Below are positions 39,395 to 53,129 of a stretch of DNA of 64,000 nucleotides, piece by piece. The notes below the pieces were generated by a model. It searched no databases, had not been told where the DNA came from, and saw only the letters and a list, made by a program, of their open reading frames with translations. Position 1 is the stretch's first letter, and each line of letters begins with the position of its first letter. The stretch spans positions 46,376,001 through 46,440,000 of the forward strand of contig NW_025964334.1 in NCBI RefSeq assembly GCF_023055435.1, in the 5' to 3' direction. The stretch comes from Haliotis rufescens (taxonomy: Eukaryota). The position numbers were made by a program, and so were the translations under genes.

Positions 39395-39606
39395 CAGTGT
39401 TTGAAATAAGCGCCTGCCAGGTAGTTCTTGTGTCAGGTCCGTATTTTCAAATTTCTATGGGTCCTCATGGCCTGCAGTAAATTTACATTTTGACTTATTT
39501 GTCACAAAAAGCTGCAGATTTTTTAATGAGGGCCTGATGAGTTTAGTCAGGGCTTGGAACTTCTAAATCTGTGGCAGCCTGGCAATTTATCTTATTTCAA
39601 ACACTG
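39395..39606. mobile_element. MITE with perfect 16-bp TIRs
   Basis: cagtgtttgaaataag ... cttatttcaaacactg. TSD not clear. Confidence 0.7.
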
Positions 39607-40447
39607 ATTTATCCCGCCAACAGACATAGCATAATAGTAATACATGTAAGGAAGACAGAAATGTATCACACTGGTTCAAGTGTTCTTGAAAACAATGATA
39701 TCAAACTATATCCATTTTCTTACTGAACAGTCTTTTTGTTAGTATTGGAGGTCGCATAATTTGAATACAACTGTTTATGTTGACATTTTGCTTGATACGG
39801 CTGGATAATGTTTGTAAACAACAGTACATTAAATAAACTAAACTAAAATAAAGGCAGAGATGTTATTAAAACAAAACTACTTGGGAAGTTCTGATATGTA
39901 GGCAGGAGCAAAATGAGATGACAAAGTGAGGTATGTTTCATCATAATATCATTGCCATACTCCTGTGTGGTGTGGGGCCCAGCACTTTATGGGGATGCCA
40001 TGAGTGTTGTATATACTCGATACCATCTATAACATGGGTTCACTATCACTTATCAAGTTAAGAATATTGAACTCAAGATAATAATGTATCACAAAATGAA
40101 GTCCAAGGTCATTTCCAGATACAGGAAATAAAATGACCTGATTGACATTTCATATTAGAAACGCTTCAATTTTACCACTATATTCCCCTCATCCACTTAA
40201 ATGTGTTACAACCTCCAAACAGGGGAATATGTTTTGTTATATTCCATGTTCATATCTCTTTTCTGATTCACTGCAGTCCATTTCAATTGTAAAACGCTTG
40301 CTGCATAACAATTTTATATTATTTGCTACAATTCACACTCAGTAGTTATTGTCAAAAATAATGGCAAAACACTACACTTCATTGCAATAACACATAGAAA
40401 ACTCATCAAGTCAGAAACCATTATCAAACATTTACAGTAACACCAAC

Positions 40448-40706
40448 CCGTGAAGATCTGGGGTAGAATAGGTCTTCAACCCATGCTTGCAGTAAATAGG
40501 CAACTATGCTTGATGTAAGAGGCGACTAAGGGGATTGGGTGGAGAGGCTCGCTGACTTGGTTGATGCATGTCATTGTAATTGCGTGGATCGATGCTCATT
40601 ATGTCAATCACTGGATTGTCTGGTCCAGATTCGATTATTTACAGAGTGCCATCATATCGCTGGAATATTGCTGAGTGCGGCGGTAAACAACAAACAAACA
40701 AACAAA
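40448..40706 (+). mobile_element. SINE-like interspersed repeat with (caaa)n tail
   Basis: cccgtgaagatctggggtagaataggtcttca...gctggaatattgctgagtgcggcggtaaacaacaaacaaac. Four copies in the window. Confidence 0.82.
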
Positions 40707-41512
40707 ACATGTAGCCCCACTTAGATGAGACTGTACACTTGGCTGGCCTACTTCCTCACTATACATCTTTCGGGAGATCTTATAATGAGAGAGTCTAATG
40801 CTACTATGCACACTGGTGCATTCCAGTCGACAGTTTAAAAATTATCAACAAAATGGCCAGCTGTCCATGACAATTATGACTAGGTCTATTACTATTATCA
40901 ATTTATGACATTAACTTAACAAAATATATTTGAGAACACTTGGTAGAGTGTTCAAAACCTGAACTGGAATAAGTTCAATGTCTTTCATCATCACCATCCA
41001 TAATAAAAAAAACCAATGTATGTCATTAGTAATGTAATTGATTATACCAGTGAATGAAATACTATCAATGCAAGAGTTCATACACACACATAAATAAAAC
41101 GGTTGAAATACATTACATGCGTCTGGTTTGGCTACAAAACACACCAGTTGTCAAGTTAATTGAATTATTTACTAGAGATATGTTCTAAGTGTATCAGAAA
41201 ATGGAATGGTGTCACGGATAAATAATGCGATTGTGCAACACATGTTGGAATTGAAACTAACAAGGAAGGAGGCACGCCCACAAATCAGGATTGCGATTTT
41301 CCGGAACAGAAAATGTTTTGAAAGTAAAATCAAGTGTATCACATGGGAAAATAACGGTATGAGCATTATGACTGACAAGCGATAGCTTATATACATGGCA
41401 GATCGCGACGTTTCTAAGAGTAGGCATGGTCTAAATAAACTAAATAAACTGAAGCGTCCATGCTTGTTGGCGAGGGACTCATGAACGGTGATCGGAGAAT
41501 GTGTGAACTCAC

Positions 41513-41993
41513 CTCTGTTGCTGGAGCGTATGAAAATTTCTATTCTGTTGAAATTGAAGTATGTTAGGTCTTTTCTACCAAATGATGCTGATCTCAATTG
41601 GCTGTAATGCATGTACGGACAAGGCAAATGCCATCGAGGTTGCTACCAACAACAACTATACAAACTTCACGCACCTACAAACAACTATGGCACCGGTCAA
41701 ATGACCAATGAGAATAGGTGTTATGCGGCAACCTCCGCATGGGTATCTAATGTTCATTTTCATTGGCTCATAATGGGACAGCACGTTTGGAGGACTTCCA
41801 TTTATCATCAGCCAATGAACATCGCTGTTAACGAATGCATCATTGGAGATACTTTCTTAGGTTAAATCTGATTGGCTCTTACCGGAGGAAGTGTCCGGTG
41901 AATCCCAGTCTGGAGAAGTGACCCCTAACCTCGTGTAAATCAACACATTTCAGTATCCAGGCACCGCATCAACCCTGATTGTTCATCGTTGCT
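41513..41993. promoter_or_regulatory. Probable shared bidirectional promoter and non-coding first exons of the two ELOVL genes
   Basis: Outward-facing consensus donors: minus GAG|gtgagt at 41512 and plus GCT|gtaagt at 41994. Six CCAAT/ATTGG boxes lie between (41597, 41705, 41762, 41812, 41842, 41871), plus an Ets-like GGAAGTG (~41887). Both ELOVL ATG exons begin with acceptors (37926, 56232), so each needs an upstream exon. Confidence 0.65.
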
Positions 41994-43860
41994 GTAAGTA
42001 GTTTTTGTATATAATAATTAGTCTTTAAAAACTAATGTTGCCATATGTGGTTGTTATTTTATCGTAAATAGTTAATTGAAAACTCCAGGCGCTGTATCTG
42101 CAAAGGTCATTTTGCACATGACTTTAATACATGATGATCGATTTACGGTTCCACCCTGTTAATAGGACAATCCATTACTAGTAAAACTTTTTTTGTAATA
42201 CTGTGAATGTAGTTCAAAACGTATGCCATACACCATTCCAAGTTGCCTTAAACACATCAACTAACTGTGTTATTACCACCGTCAGAATGATGAACCCTCT
42301 GCCATAGAGGATGAGGAAAAGCATTCACCCAACTAGATAGGCCTGGTGGTACGAGTCTAAAGTCCAACGTATGATAGCTCTTATACGTCAGCTTTTATCC
42401 ATTCTTTGCGTTATGCATTCAAGGGGAATTTCTCAGTCACCATCTCTGATCTGGTGAGATACATCTCATTTAAATACCTCAGTTGTAAGGAAATACTCTA
42501 GTGCAGTGGTCATCAGCGAAAAGGGATATTGGTAAGAACCTATTTTGTATGTTGCTATCCTTGCATGAAACCTTTGCTTTAATTAGCGAATTCTAGTTAA
42601 ATTACATACAAGCAACTGGGCCTTTTATTATAAAATATATTAATAGTTTATTTGAAATGAAAAAGTCTTCATTTTATCAAACATTGTTAAAAATATCCAG
42701 ATAAGCTTTAACATTTTATCAAAAGTTGTATTTTCATATTATATTGCCCATGCTGACAGATCCAGGTGAAGTACATTATGTTCATGTGAACAAATATCCA
42801 TCATATGCATGGTAAAATATGACATGAATAAAGATATGTAAATTCTCTGTCTGATATGTTTGTAAAATATCTCTTTCTATCAGCATATTGATGACAGTAG
42901 TTTTGAAGTGACTTGAAAATATATTCATAGCAGGTTTAGCAGGAACTTTCCATTTTTTATTGTCACTGACCAATGTTAGCATACAACTATGTTTTCAAGC
43001 ATTTATAATGAAATGGGTTTTTTTGACAGCTATTCAACAAGTTGCATGCTCAGATGTCAATGGGATTTATTAGAACAACAATGTCCACTAATCAATGCTA
43101 ATTAGGCAATTGTGTGAGATAGAAGTGATTAGTGGGGGTATTATTAATGTCACATGGATTACCTGAGCTAATGAGTTGTATTGTTACCTACACAGGGAGG
43201 GGATATACAGTATCTCACAAAGGAGCATTTAATAATGGAAAGAGCAAAATCTGTTTAGGGTATACATGTTTGATCATATCAATGTTAAATGTTTATTCCA
43301 GAATGTTACTATGTTTATCAAGTTTGTAGACATCTTGGAAGTACAGAAAATTCACCTGTACTAAGGGGATCTGAAGTATATGTATATGTGCTAACTGAAT
43401 TAACATCATCAATAATTCAAGGGTTTGTGCACACTACATATCTCCAGTCTGAAGCCTACTATTCTTTACATTGCTTCAATATGAGGAACAGTGGGAATTG
43501 AAAAGAATTCAGCAGAGAGTGCATCTTCCCAAGGCAAGGGAGTTAACTGACCATAATAGTCTAGTTTCCATCCTTGCATAGTCCAGTCAAAATCAGGCAA
43601 CAAACTAAACATCCGGTTCATAAACAACCTGCAACATGCAGATTTCAATCATCTGAAGGATTTGCAAAGCTTGTGGACCGTCAACTGGGCATTGACAGAT
43701 ATTTTCCAAATCTTTTCATGTTTTTGATCAAGGTGCTGAAATGATTTGATGGACTTAAAGGGGCAAGACCCTTTTTAGTACAATATAGACCTTGATTATG
43801 AAGCAGATCATCTTGACTGGGTACCACCATTTTGTTTAAAGCAAATGCAAGTGATGTGAG

Positions 43861-43928
43861 GAGAGGTGAAATGGGGTTTAACATCACGTCCAAGATTATT
43901 GCACTTATATAGGGATGTGCATGCAAAC

Positions 43929-43959
<31 letters not shown>

Positions 43960-44120
43960 GTGGGAGTGCGAGCTGACCAGTCCTTGGTTTAGCCCCCTAA
44001 TGTCGAGCACCAGACAGGGTAACAACAAGTACCATTTTTTAAAACGTTTTTTGGTATGACGCGGCCAGGATCGAACCCCAGACCTTCCGCTCGGATGCTC
44101 TATGGAGGCGATCCCGTAAA
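43861..44120 (-). mobile_element. tRNA-derived SINE nested in an older repeat
   Basis: B box GGTTCGATCC on the minus strand (ggatcgaacc ~44068), internal (gt)n, flanked by TSD tgatgtgag (43852-43860, 44121-44129). Confidence 0.72.
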
Positions 44121-44968
44121 TGATGTGAGAGGTGGAATCTGATTAGTCAATAGGACGGACATAGAAGGGACATAACTCGTAATGGTTACTGGTGGAGCTA
44201 CGATCTAGCCATGAAATTCCAGCATTGTTCGGCAAGGATGGAAACTGGACTTTTGTAGTCAGTTAACTCCCTTGCCTCAGGAAGATGCTCAGAGTGGGGT
44301 TTATTTGACTAGAATGAGTTCTTCAGGCTCTCATTGCATGAGTAACATCGACATGTGTCACTACTACCCACTTTTCGGCCATATGTTTTCTTGAGTGATG
44401 GAGGAACATAGTGTATACAAACCTGAGAATTATTGACAATGAAGTGACAGTAATGACTGCTTAAAGTCCTATTCATAAAGACTGTACCATAGCCTCCATT
44501 TTGGGTAGTGACAGTGAACACTGTAGTAACAGTAACCCATAATTTAGAATGAAATTATAATTTGTACCAAGCCCGAAGTAATAATAAGTAAGGCTTGATC
44601 TATGAAGATCAGCACAGATTATATGTTTTATAGATTTTAACACTGCTGTGATTGTAGACAAATGGTAGATAAATTATGTTTTGAATTTGAAAAATAAGTT
44701 TAATCAAACTGATCTTCGAATAAAACCAAAACACAGATATCCCCAAATGAAGCTGTGTTATTTGTCAACAGTAATGTGGAGTGAACAGCTCACAAGCAGA
44801 GTAACAAGTTTGTTCAAAGGTTAATTGAAAAGTGAAATAGTGAAATCTTTGTTGTGGACATGACGTATGTGATAGAGGTATAGCCGCAAACGCCTTTGGA
44901 CAATTGAGCAAATTGTTTTCCTGTGGCAAGTCAGTAAAATGAGCAGGGGTCTGTGATCTTTTTGGAAA

Positions 44969-45330
44969 ATGGACAAACTGGAGGAATGTGCATTGATCAA
45001 GTACTTGTCCTGAAAAATGCCTGAAACACCAAAAGCCACCATGAAGATATGAGTCATATTGCTAGTTCAGTAGGCATTTCACAGGAGAGAGTACAGTTCA
45101 TTATCACAGAAACTTTGTCAATGAATAAGTGTTAGCTCATTCAGTTCCAAAGCTTCTAACATCAGGCACAGCATGTCTCATGATAATCTAGCTCTGTTTG
45201 AAGCTGATCCAGAAAGGTTCATACAACGATTTGTGACTATGTATGAAACCTGGGTTCACCACTTCTAGTCTTAGTCCTAACTTAATCAAAACAGTGGAAG
45301 CCAGACAATAACGGCAAGGTCATGGTGACA
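44969..45330 (+). pseudogene. Decayed mariner transposase fragment
   Basis: MDKLEECALIKYL..., SVPKLL (WVPxxL-like), FEADPERFIQRFVTMYETWVHHF (xVTxDETWV), SKQWK and GKVMV, with stops, frameshifts and large deletions. Confidence 0.8.
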
Positions 45331-45622
45331 TCTGCTAGATTCGCCTGCGAATCACACACAAGCTTGAGCAACTGTTGGCATATGATGCAAAAACGTAATT
45401 AATAATAAGAGTTGAAAGGTCGTTTCCAGCAATGCTTAAAAGTTTAAGTATGTATGAAACTTTATGAACGGCAAGGTCATGGTGACATCTGCTAGATTCC
45501 CCTGCGAATCACACACAAGCTTGAGCAACTGTTGGCATATGATGCAAAAACGTAATTAATAATAAGAGTTGAAAGGTCGTTTCCAGCAATGCTTAAAAGT
45601 TTATGTATGTATCAAACTTTAT
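45310..45622 (+). repeat. ~157-bp tandem duplication
   Basis: aacggcaaggtcatggtgacatctgctag...aaactttat occurs twice, nearly identical. Confidence 0.9.
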
Positions 45623-45875
45623 AATAAAAGGGAATTTAGCAAGTGTATGCTACTGGAAATTAAGCGCTTAGCTTGTAACATTTAATACATGGTGATATGC
45701 ATGCTCAGAGCAAAAAGACACGATACAATTACATTCGTATTAGGTTAAAACATACTGTGAATAAATGTATATTAATTTGCAAGTTAGCCACACAAGTCTG
45801 CTGTCCACTGTTCCAAGAATACTTCATATTGTGTATCAACATATTCAAACAATCTCATGAGTCTGGGCATACACA

Positions 45876-46380
45876 ATCTCACTTAAACAGATCTTAGTTC
45901 TCGCTACCTCAAAACAGAGATCTCATTACGGGTCAAGCCAGAACAAACTTTTGTGAACTTTGACTAACCAATGAATTCACTAATGCTTTGAAAAATTTGT
46001 TGAAAAAGTTGTTGAGTGAAAAATTTGAAAAACGAACAAAGGATCATTCTGGAAAGTCTAATAGATGGCCAAGATTGTATGGCAGTACTTCTCATGAGCT
46101 ATGCTAGATTCTGTTCAGATGTTTATCCCACTGATGCGAGAGATAGGACGATGATTTTGACTAATTAAATTTTACAGCCCATATCTGTTGTTTGTAATAC
46201 CCTGTGTTATCCTTTTCGAGGTTGCATCATTAGAAAACACATTCCGACTGTCACTTTCCTGATCTGATAAGCGTCGCTCTGATTGGTTGGATGAAAGGTT
46301 GTTCTGATGTGACCCGTAATGGGATGTCCTCGGATCTTTGTTAAACGGTAGTGAGAACTAAGATCTGATTTTAATGAGGT
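45876..46380. mobile_element. MITE, second copy of the 32244-32779 family
   Basis: TIRs cagatcttagttctcgctac / gtagtgagaactaagatctg, and attacgggtca / tgacccgtaat. Confidence 0.7.
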
Positions 46381-46587
46381 TGTGGCATACAGTGGCTATG
46401 GACAATGTATTAAATGCATGTAACACATGACTTGAAATTTGGGGAGATAAACTGTTCAAGAGCAAGTTCACTTTACCTTTGGTGTGCGAGTGACCAAGGC
46501 GTCGAAGTTACAGGCTGAATAATATCCAATTTTATTAATTTTCTGTTACCATTCATATTCTTCTAGGTCTGTTTAAGATATATATAG

Positions 46588-46729
46588 AATACTAAACTCA
46601 CTCCCGTGTAATACCAATTCTATGAAACGAGTGAATAGTTGTGGTATCTGACTCGCTTTCACTCGTCAGATACCACAACTATTCATGAGATTCATAAAAT
46701 TGGTTTTACACGGGAGTGAGTTTAGTATT
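46588..46729. repeat. ~140-bp palindrome (hairpin MITE)
   Basis: aatactaaactcactcccgtgtaa...tgaatagttgtggtatctgac [short loop] gtcagataccacaactattca...ttacacgggagtgagtttagtatt. A truncated arm occurs at ~54818. Confidence 0.85.
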
Positions 46730-47994
46730 TCATTTATTACTTGTCATTGAATTTATACTGTTGAGTATGAATATTGAAGATTTAATACCATACAACGGTC
46801 CACCTTTAGAATTCACAAAATTATCGTAGGGCTAAGACTATCGCAACTCACATACTTTAACTTAGACTAACGAATGTCGTTGCGCTACAATACGATCGCC
46901 TTGTGGAACGGGCCTTGCGCCTCAAAGTTTACAATAACGTCACAATACCCGATGTCGTAATTTGTGGAATTTTGTTGCAAGATCCATCGGCGAAACAATG
47001 CCATGTCACGTCAGCCTAGCAACAAGGTTGCTGGGGGTCATCGAGTGTGCATAAGCTCCCATCAGTGATTTATCAACTCCACACGCAATGTCGTTGAATA
47101 AGCCAAGGGATGTTGTGAGCTTTCAATATTTGTTCGTGAAACGTGTTCAGAGAGTACATAAGCACGTGTTTTGGTATTTCACAATGTGTAATACAGCTGT
47201 ATGTTTATTAAACAGGTGATCTCTTCACCGGCAAGTAATAAAAACAGATATTAATTGCAAATGTCGTTCACCAAGTCATGTTTGCATGGCCAATGTCAAA
47301 GACATAATTCATAAAAACTGTTTTATATCATGATGTATGTATATTTACAGTTACTACATCTATGGGGTTACATTGATATCTGGGGTATTTTGTAACCCTG
47401 TTGTATTTGCATGAACATAAGTGATATTGTACCAAAGGTATCTCCAATGAAACCTCTGGAAATATGTGTCCTATCTCAGATTCCCAGCCTTGCTCCTTGG
47501 AAAAAGGTTGGCTTCTAACAATAAAAGGACTTAAGTGGTCTGCCTTTTACCAGTCATGACAGGATGTGGGGATTGTGGGTTTAAACCTCAAATGTGCCCT
47601 GATTATGAGCCTTGGCTTGTCAGCACCATATCTGTATAAGAGTTTACCCATAGGTTTCCAAGAAGCTGTTGATATCCACAGCATACATCACTTCACCCCA
47701 ATTCATCTGACATGCTGTGATATAACTTAAATCATGTTCCAGGGAGGTAAAACCCAACTCACTCATACATGACTACCGAGTATTGAGGGTGCTTCTCATG
47801 GGTGGGTGCACTCACTGCTAACTTCTAAAATTTCAGTGTTGTAATCAAATAAAAATTATGAGTTGGGTTAAAGATGTTAAATAAACATTTAGCATTAGCC
47901 ATGATGACTATATTTGTTGTTTATTGCATTATTTTAGTATTATATCTTCGTGTTTTCAGCAGACATGCAATGCGGGAGTAGCTTGAAGCGTTAA

Positions 47995-49848
47995 AGGGGC
48001 ACTGATCTAAAGCAATTCCCCGGGACTGGTTGTTGCCTTTGTTATTGTTTTTTCCCCGTGAGTACCTGGATGATACGCAACGCAACTGAGCGTGACCAGA
48101 GTCTGGGCTACCGTCTGCAAGGACAGCTAAATAAACTTGCAGGCAATATTTGTTTTACGCATTTTTGAACACTGATTGGTTAACTGTGATCTATAAAGAT
48201 TTCGACAAAGGGCGCATGTTATTTAATTTCTTCAGCCTAAACAAACAGACAAAAAGAATGGCGGAGCTCATCGGATATCGTCATTTGGAAATACCCCAGA
48301 TGGTTTTAGTTTAATAATAAAAAAAATTATCCATGCAGTGAAAGCATTTTCGGATTTCGGATTGCGTCGATAATATGATTACTACTCCCTTGTTGTCATC
48401 CACGTTTTCTGGTATAACCCTACACTTGTGTATTTGTCGTCATTCACTTGATGCTCAGTTAATGAATTTATTACAGGTACAATTAGTGGTAGCACCACTT
48501 AGATTACCTGACAAAGGTTCCCATTTGGCATTTATTGTGGGGTAATTATTTAATCTAAATCCAGGTTTGAAGTGAGGTGAAATGTGTGTTATGAAATATA
48601 CACGTGGCAGCCCAGCAAGAGATGAATGATCAGTTGATTTACTTTTTTTTAAAATCAACGGATCGTTCCTAGTCATCAAAGGATTAACAGAAAATACGTT
48701 GATTGATTAATCACTATTATCTTGCACAGTTGATATGTCAAAAGTGAGTGTTTACATGTCTAGGTTTACTAAAACAAAGGGAATACACATATATCATGGC
48801 GTGAAGTGCCGATGTAAAAACAACATACTTTGTTCAAAGGGTTAACTGATAATACGTTGATTGATTGCTCATTGTTATCTATCACTCAATGGATTTTTTA
48901 GGAACCGTGGACGTTATGAAAATAGTTGTCACGTGGGCTCAGCCGACCCTTGAGACTTGACACCTATGTGAAACACCTGAAACAATCCAAGTGATCAGTT
49001 GAGAAACGAACACGGGTTATAATATCCCGAAACAATATATATCTTTTAAAATATTTGATTGTTACAAAGACATGTGACATCGAATAAGTTTCTTTGTACA
49101 GCTGCAAACGAGTGGGATATTGTTCCTTTGTGTGGATATTCACGAATACATTCCTCGAACAAGGAAGCTGCCTAAAATTAAACATAGAACATTGGTAGGT
49201 TGTAATTATGATATTCGCATTTTGTTTTCCTTCATTTGCAGTAGCATTGAGCCGATTCGTTCTTGTTCCTCTACGTCTTGGTTGGGAAATTCTTCATTGC
49301 GCGATAGACGTTGTTTTCACAAGTCTTTGACTTTGTAAGCGTGTATATATTACCATCAATTGTAAAATGTGATCCTCTCAAGCAACTTATAAAATGTGTA
49401 AATATTTCAGTCATTTTGACTGAAAAATCTGTCCAGATTGACTAAAATTGATTAAGACTATCAAAAGGGCCTAAAAACATCACAACAGATTCTTATGTAG
49501 GATTAGAAGCCAAACAACATAGAAATGTACTTTTCAACGTAACATTTTCAGTCTCTTGGTGATGACATTAAACATCAAAATGTTTGGAATTCATTATCAT
49601 AATAATACAGATGGAAAGGTTTTTCAGTCAATTTGTAAAATAACTGAATATTTAGGCGTTTAATAAATTTGAAAATGTTACACATTTTGACAGTAAAAAA
49701 AGCAATGCACAGGTGAAATATTTACGAATGGTGCAGCACAGGTCGCTAACTAGTCTAGATTTATGCTATACATCCGGGTACTCACTGGGGAAAAACAATA
49801 ACAAAGACGACAACCAGTCCCAGGGAATTGCTTTAGATCAGTGCCCCT
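47995..49848. mobile_element. Non-autonomous Kolobok-like DNA transposon, copy 2
   Basis: Same TIRs as copy 1, TTAA TSD (47991-47994, 49849-49852), colinear with 11042-13093 in the same orientation, with an internal deletion near the right end. Confidence 0.8.
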
Positions 49849-50879
49849 TTAACAGTTTACTGGTGAACCATATGAGCAGGGCAAGATAGTTTTGAAATTA
49901 ACTGTTAAAAACACATTCATTCACCAGGACTAAATGCATGGTAGATGTACCTCCTAAAAATTTTACTGTGACCTATAACATTAGGGGTCAACAGGACCCC
50001 AATCACTACTTTCAAGAGTCCTTACGGGAAATGTGTGGGTTCTGTAAAGTAATGAAATGGTCTAGTGTACTGTAAGATTTAATAATACTTTTATTACATA
50101 AACTTTATATTTCTTGTCAAAATTGTGGTACAGTGAATAATACTGTGAGTCCGGAGGGATGCAATATATATTTTTTCCTGGGTATGTTCTATACATTGGT
50201 GCATACTGGACACACATTTCCGCGTCACTTTAAACCCAGTTCTAACTTGCCATTATTTATGATTAATACCAGATAAGAATATCAATTTTGTTTCAGCATG
50301 CTCAGATAAGCTTCCTACAATATTTTGAGGAGGTGTCAGCTAAGGTTATCAAATGCCTGAGTGGAAACAATTGCATGCACACTGGTACTTGAGCTGATCT
50401 GGGGAAAACCTGCAGGAGTCGGAGATAAGCTGTGTGCTAGTGTTTGTTTGAAATATGTAACAAAAATCACCATAAACTATTTTGTTTTGTGTTGTTTGTA
50501 TACATGTAACTTTGAAATAATTAAAAGACAACATAATAACAACTTAACCAAGATAACAACGTTATTACCTGATGTAGGCCTTTAACCATATAGCCTTTAT
50601 AGATCTTTATTTACTGATCAAACACAGGAAGCCACCTTGTGTATACTCACATCTTATCATTCTCATTTGGTATCGATTGTTTTCTTTGGGTATTCAACAT
50701 GTTCAATACTTTTATATACATTGAGTTCAATATTTGTGGTATTTTGAACCAAATGAGACCTTTAAAAAGAAAATATCCTGCTTAAAGTTAAAAGTAACAA
50801 CAGCAATATCTGCACTTGTGAATCATTGGTGATGTAGCTGAATATTCTTTTTAAGATCTTCTCATTTGGTTTAAGATTA

Positions 50880-51216
50880 CCATATTCGGCGTAATAAGCG
50901 CCCAGGGAGCTCGCAAAATTAGAAATAGGGGGCTCTTATTAGAACATTATTTTGGTGGAAAAAAGAGAGTTGAAAGATAAATTTCGTGGTTCATGCTGAC
51001 ACACTGAAATGTTTATATGCGACAGATACATTTTTCCAGAATTTAATTGCCCATAATTAAGAATGCATATAACACACGAGTGCGTATTATACACGAATAA
51101 ATAAGTCTTGTGTACATTGATCAATTGGAAGGAGTGCTAATTGGGATTGTTCACTAGCCAATATATTAGCAAATATCGCCGTGGGCGCTTATTAGAGCCT
51201 ATTACGTCGAATACGG
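50880..51216. mobile_element. Tc1/mariner (pogo-like) MITE with TA TSD
   Basis: ta|ccatattcggcgtaata...gcgccc and gggcgcttatt...tattacgtcgaatacgg|ta. Confidence 0.7.
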
Positions 51217-51312
51217 TATACCCAATAGACTGTACCCAAGAGAGTAGAAAAGTATTAAACATGTTGAATACCCTACCTGAGAACACTATCAATACCCAGT
51301 GTGAATGATAAC

Positions 51313-51770
51313 TAGGGGTGACTATTGGTCTGGAAATCACTATTGCGATAACTATTGATATTGCAAGCAACTATTTGCAATAAATATTGATAGTTTTCAG
51401 TGTATCTTTTTAGATGGATTTTAGAGTTGAATTAAACCTTGGAACTGAAGTTTCCTTTGAATAACCATAACAACAAATAAAAAGTAAAGTTTGAGATATG
51501 ACTGATTTGTTTCTTCTTTACCCTTATAATTTAAGAAAAAGAAACTACCACATTACCACGTGTAAATTACTACCACTCATGATCGAAAGAAAAACAAATT
51601 TGAACAGCATTGCATGTATTTTATTGATATGGTAAATACAATCAAAACTATCAATATTCCTAACTGAAACCGATACTACTGATCGGAAACTGATTTAACA
51701 ATCGACTTATTGACTTTAAGTGCTAACCAATAGCAATATATCAATAGTTTGATTTATCGTGACACCCCTA
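51313..51770. mobile_element. hAT-like MITE with 8-bp TSD
   Basis: TIR taggggtg / caccccta; flanks atgataac / atgatgac (7/8 match). Confidence 0.7.
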
Positions 51771-52625
51771 ATGATGACATGTGAGTTAGTATTTGAAGGC
51801 TCAAAACATTATCTGGAGCCCTGAAGTGTGTTGAGCAGTAAACAATGTGATTATTGGGGATCCATATTTTGGGGATGTCTGCACAATTGGAGTTACCATG
51901 GTTACTGATTATCCATGCAGAATCATAGCTTCATAAACTTGATAGACATGGTCTTATGAAATATCACAATTTTGGGATACATTTTGTCATAACGATGCAT
52001 ATTTTGCCTGAACAAAAAACACGTATTAACAGTTGTAAAAGGTTGAGAGAGTTTAAGCTAAGTTTCTCATGTGCATTTAATATATATATGGCTCAGGTTT
52101 TTCAGTTAATGCATTGAAGACAGATTTTATCCGTAATTCCTCTTGGCTTGTTGGTTATTCGGTAATTATTAACCTAATAGTCAGGAATTGAAGTACGGAG
52201 TTCACTTCACCCTCCTGGAAACATGGCCACGATGGTGAACACTGGCAAGGATTTGCAAGATCCCTTACTGGGCACATCAGGAAGCAAAATGTGGCTGTAT
52301 AATTGTGTTAGCATGATTAGACAATTAGAACAAGCCTAAGTTAACTGGTCACGTGAATTAAACTTTTACCTGATATGAAAACAGCCTGTTGTTAGCTGGA
52401 ACACATAGAACATGGAGAATTTCTCGCAAAAAATGCACAGATTAAGTTTTACAGTACATATTGGGTAGAGTTGGGTATGGCCTGGTATCTTGCAATATAA
52501 TAGGTATCACAATACACCAACAAATTGGAAAAAATGATGAAATTACTGAAATATAACTCTAAAACGTCTTGATTTCATACATTTACTTATTATCATCTCA
52601 AAAACAAAAACTTCTTAAGAAAAGT

Positions 52626-53129
52626 CAGAGCTCCAGATAAGCTTTTGGTGTTGTGGGTATTTTACCCATGCATTTTAAAATCACTGGGTATCAGTAATTC
52701 TATCTGGGTATTCAAATTTCTGTTACCCACTAGTTTTTACACATGTGGGTATTTAAGTTAAACATACACTATAAATACACTATTCATCTAGTCCCTGCAA
52801 ACTGGTGTCGTGTGGGTTCGAGAGCTTTATAGGACTCAAAAATACCACGATACTTCCACAAGAAAGTGTGATGGCAAATGATCGTGATGTAACTGTCATC
52901 GTGGAGTTTGGCAAGGTTGATGGAATGCCCGTTTATAATTTCAAAATAAGTTGTTGATTTGCTAATCGAATACGCAAGGGTTACTTCACAATATTTTGAT
53001 GATAGGCACAAGTTTTATTTTTGTAGCTTATCTGTAATGTTCGTTGCGTATTTGATACGCTTGGATTTTATTTTACTGTGTATTTCTGCATTTTTGATGC
53101 GTATTTTACACAGCTTATCTGGAGCTCCG
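52626..53129. mobile_element. MITE with CAGAGCTCCAGATAAG TIRs and apparent 5-bp TSD
   Basis: cagagctccagataagc ... gcttatctggagctccg with aaagt on both flanks. Solo ends of the family occur at ~37581 and ~51809. Confidence 0.7.
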
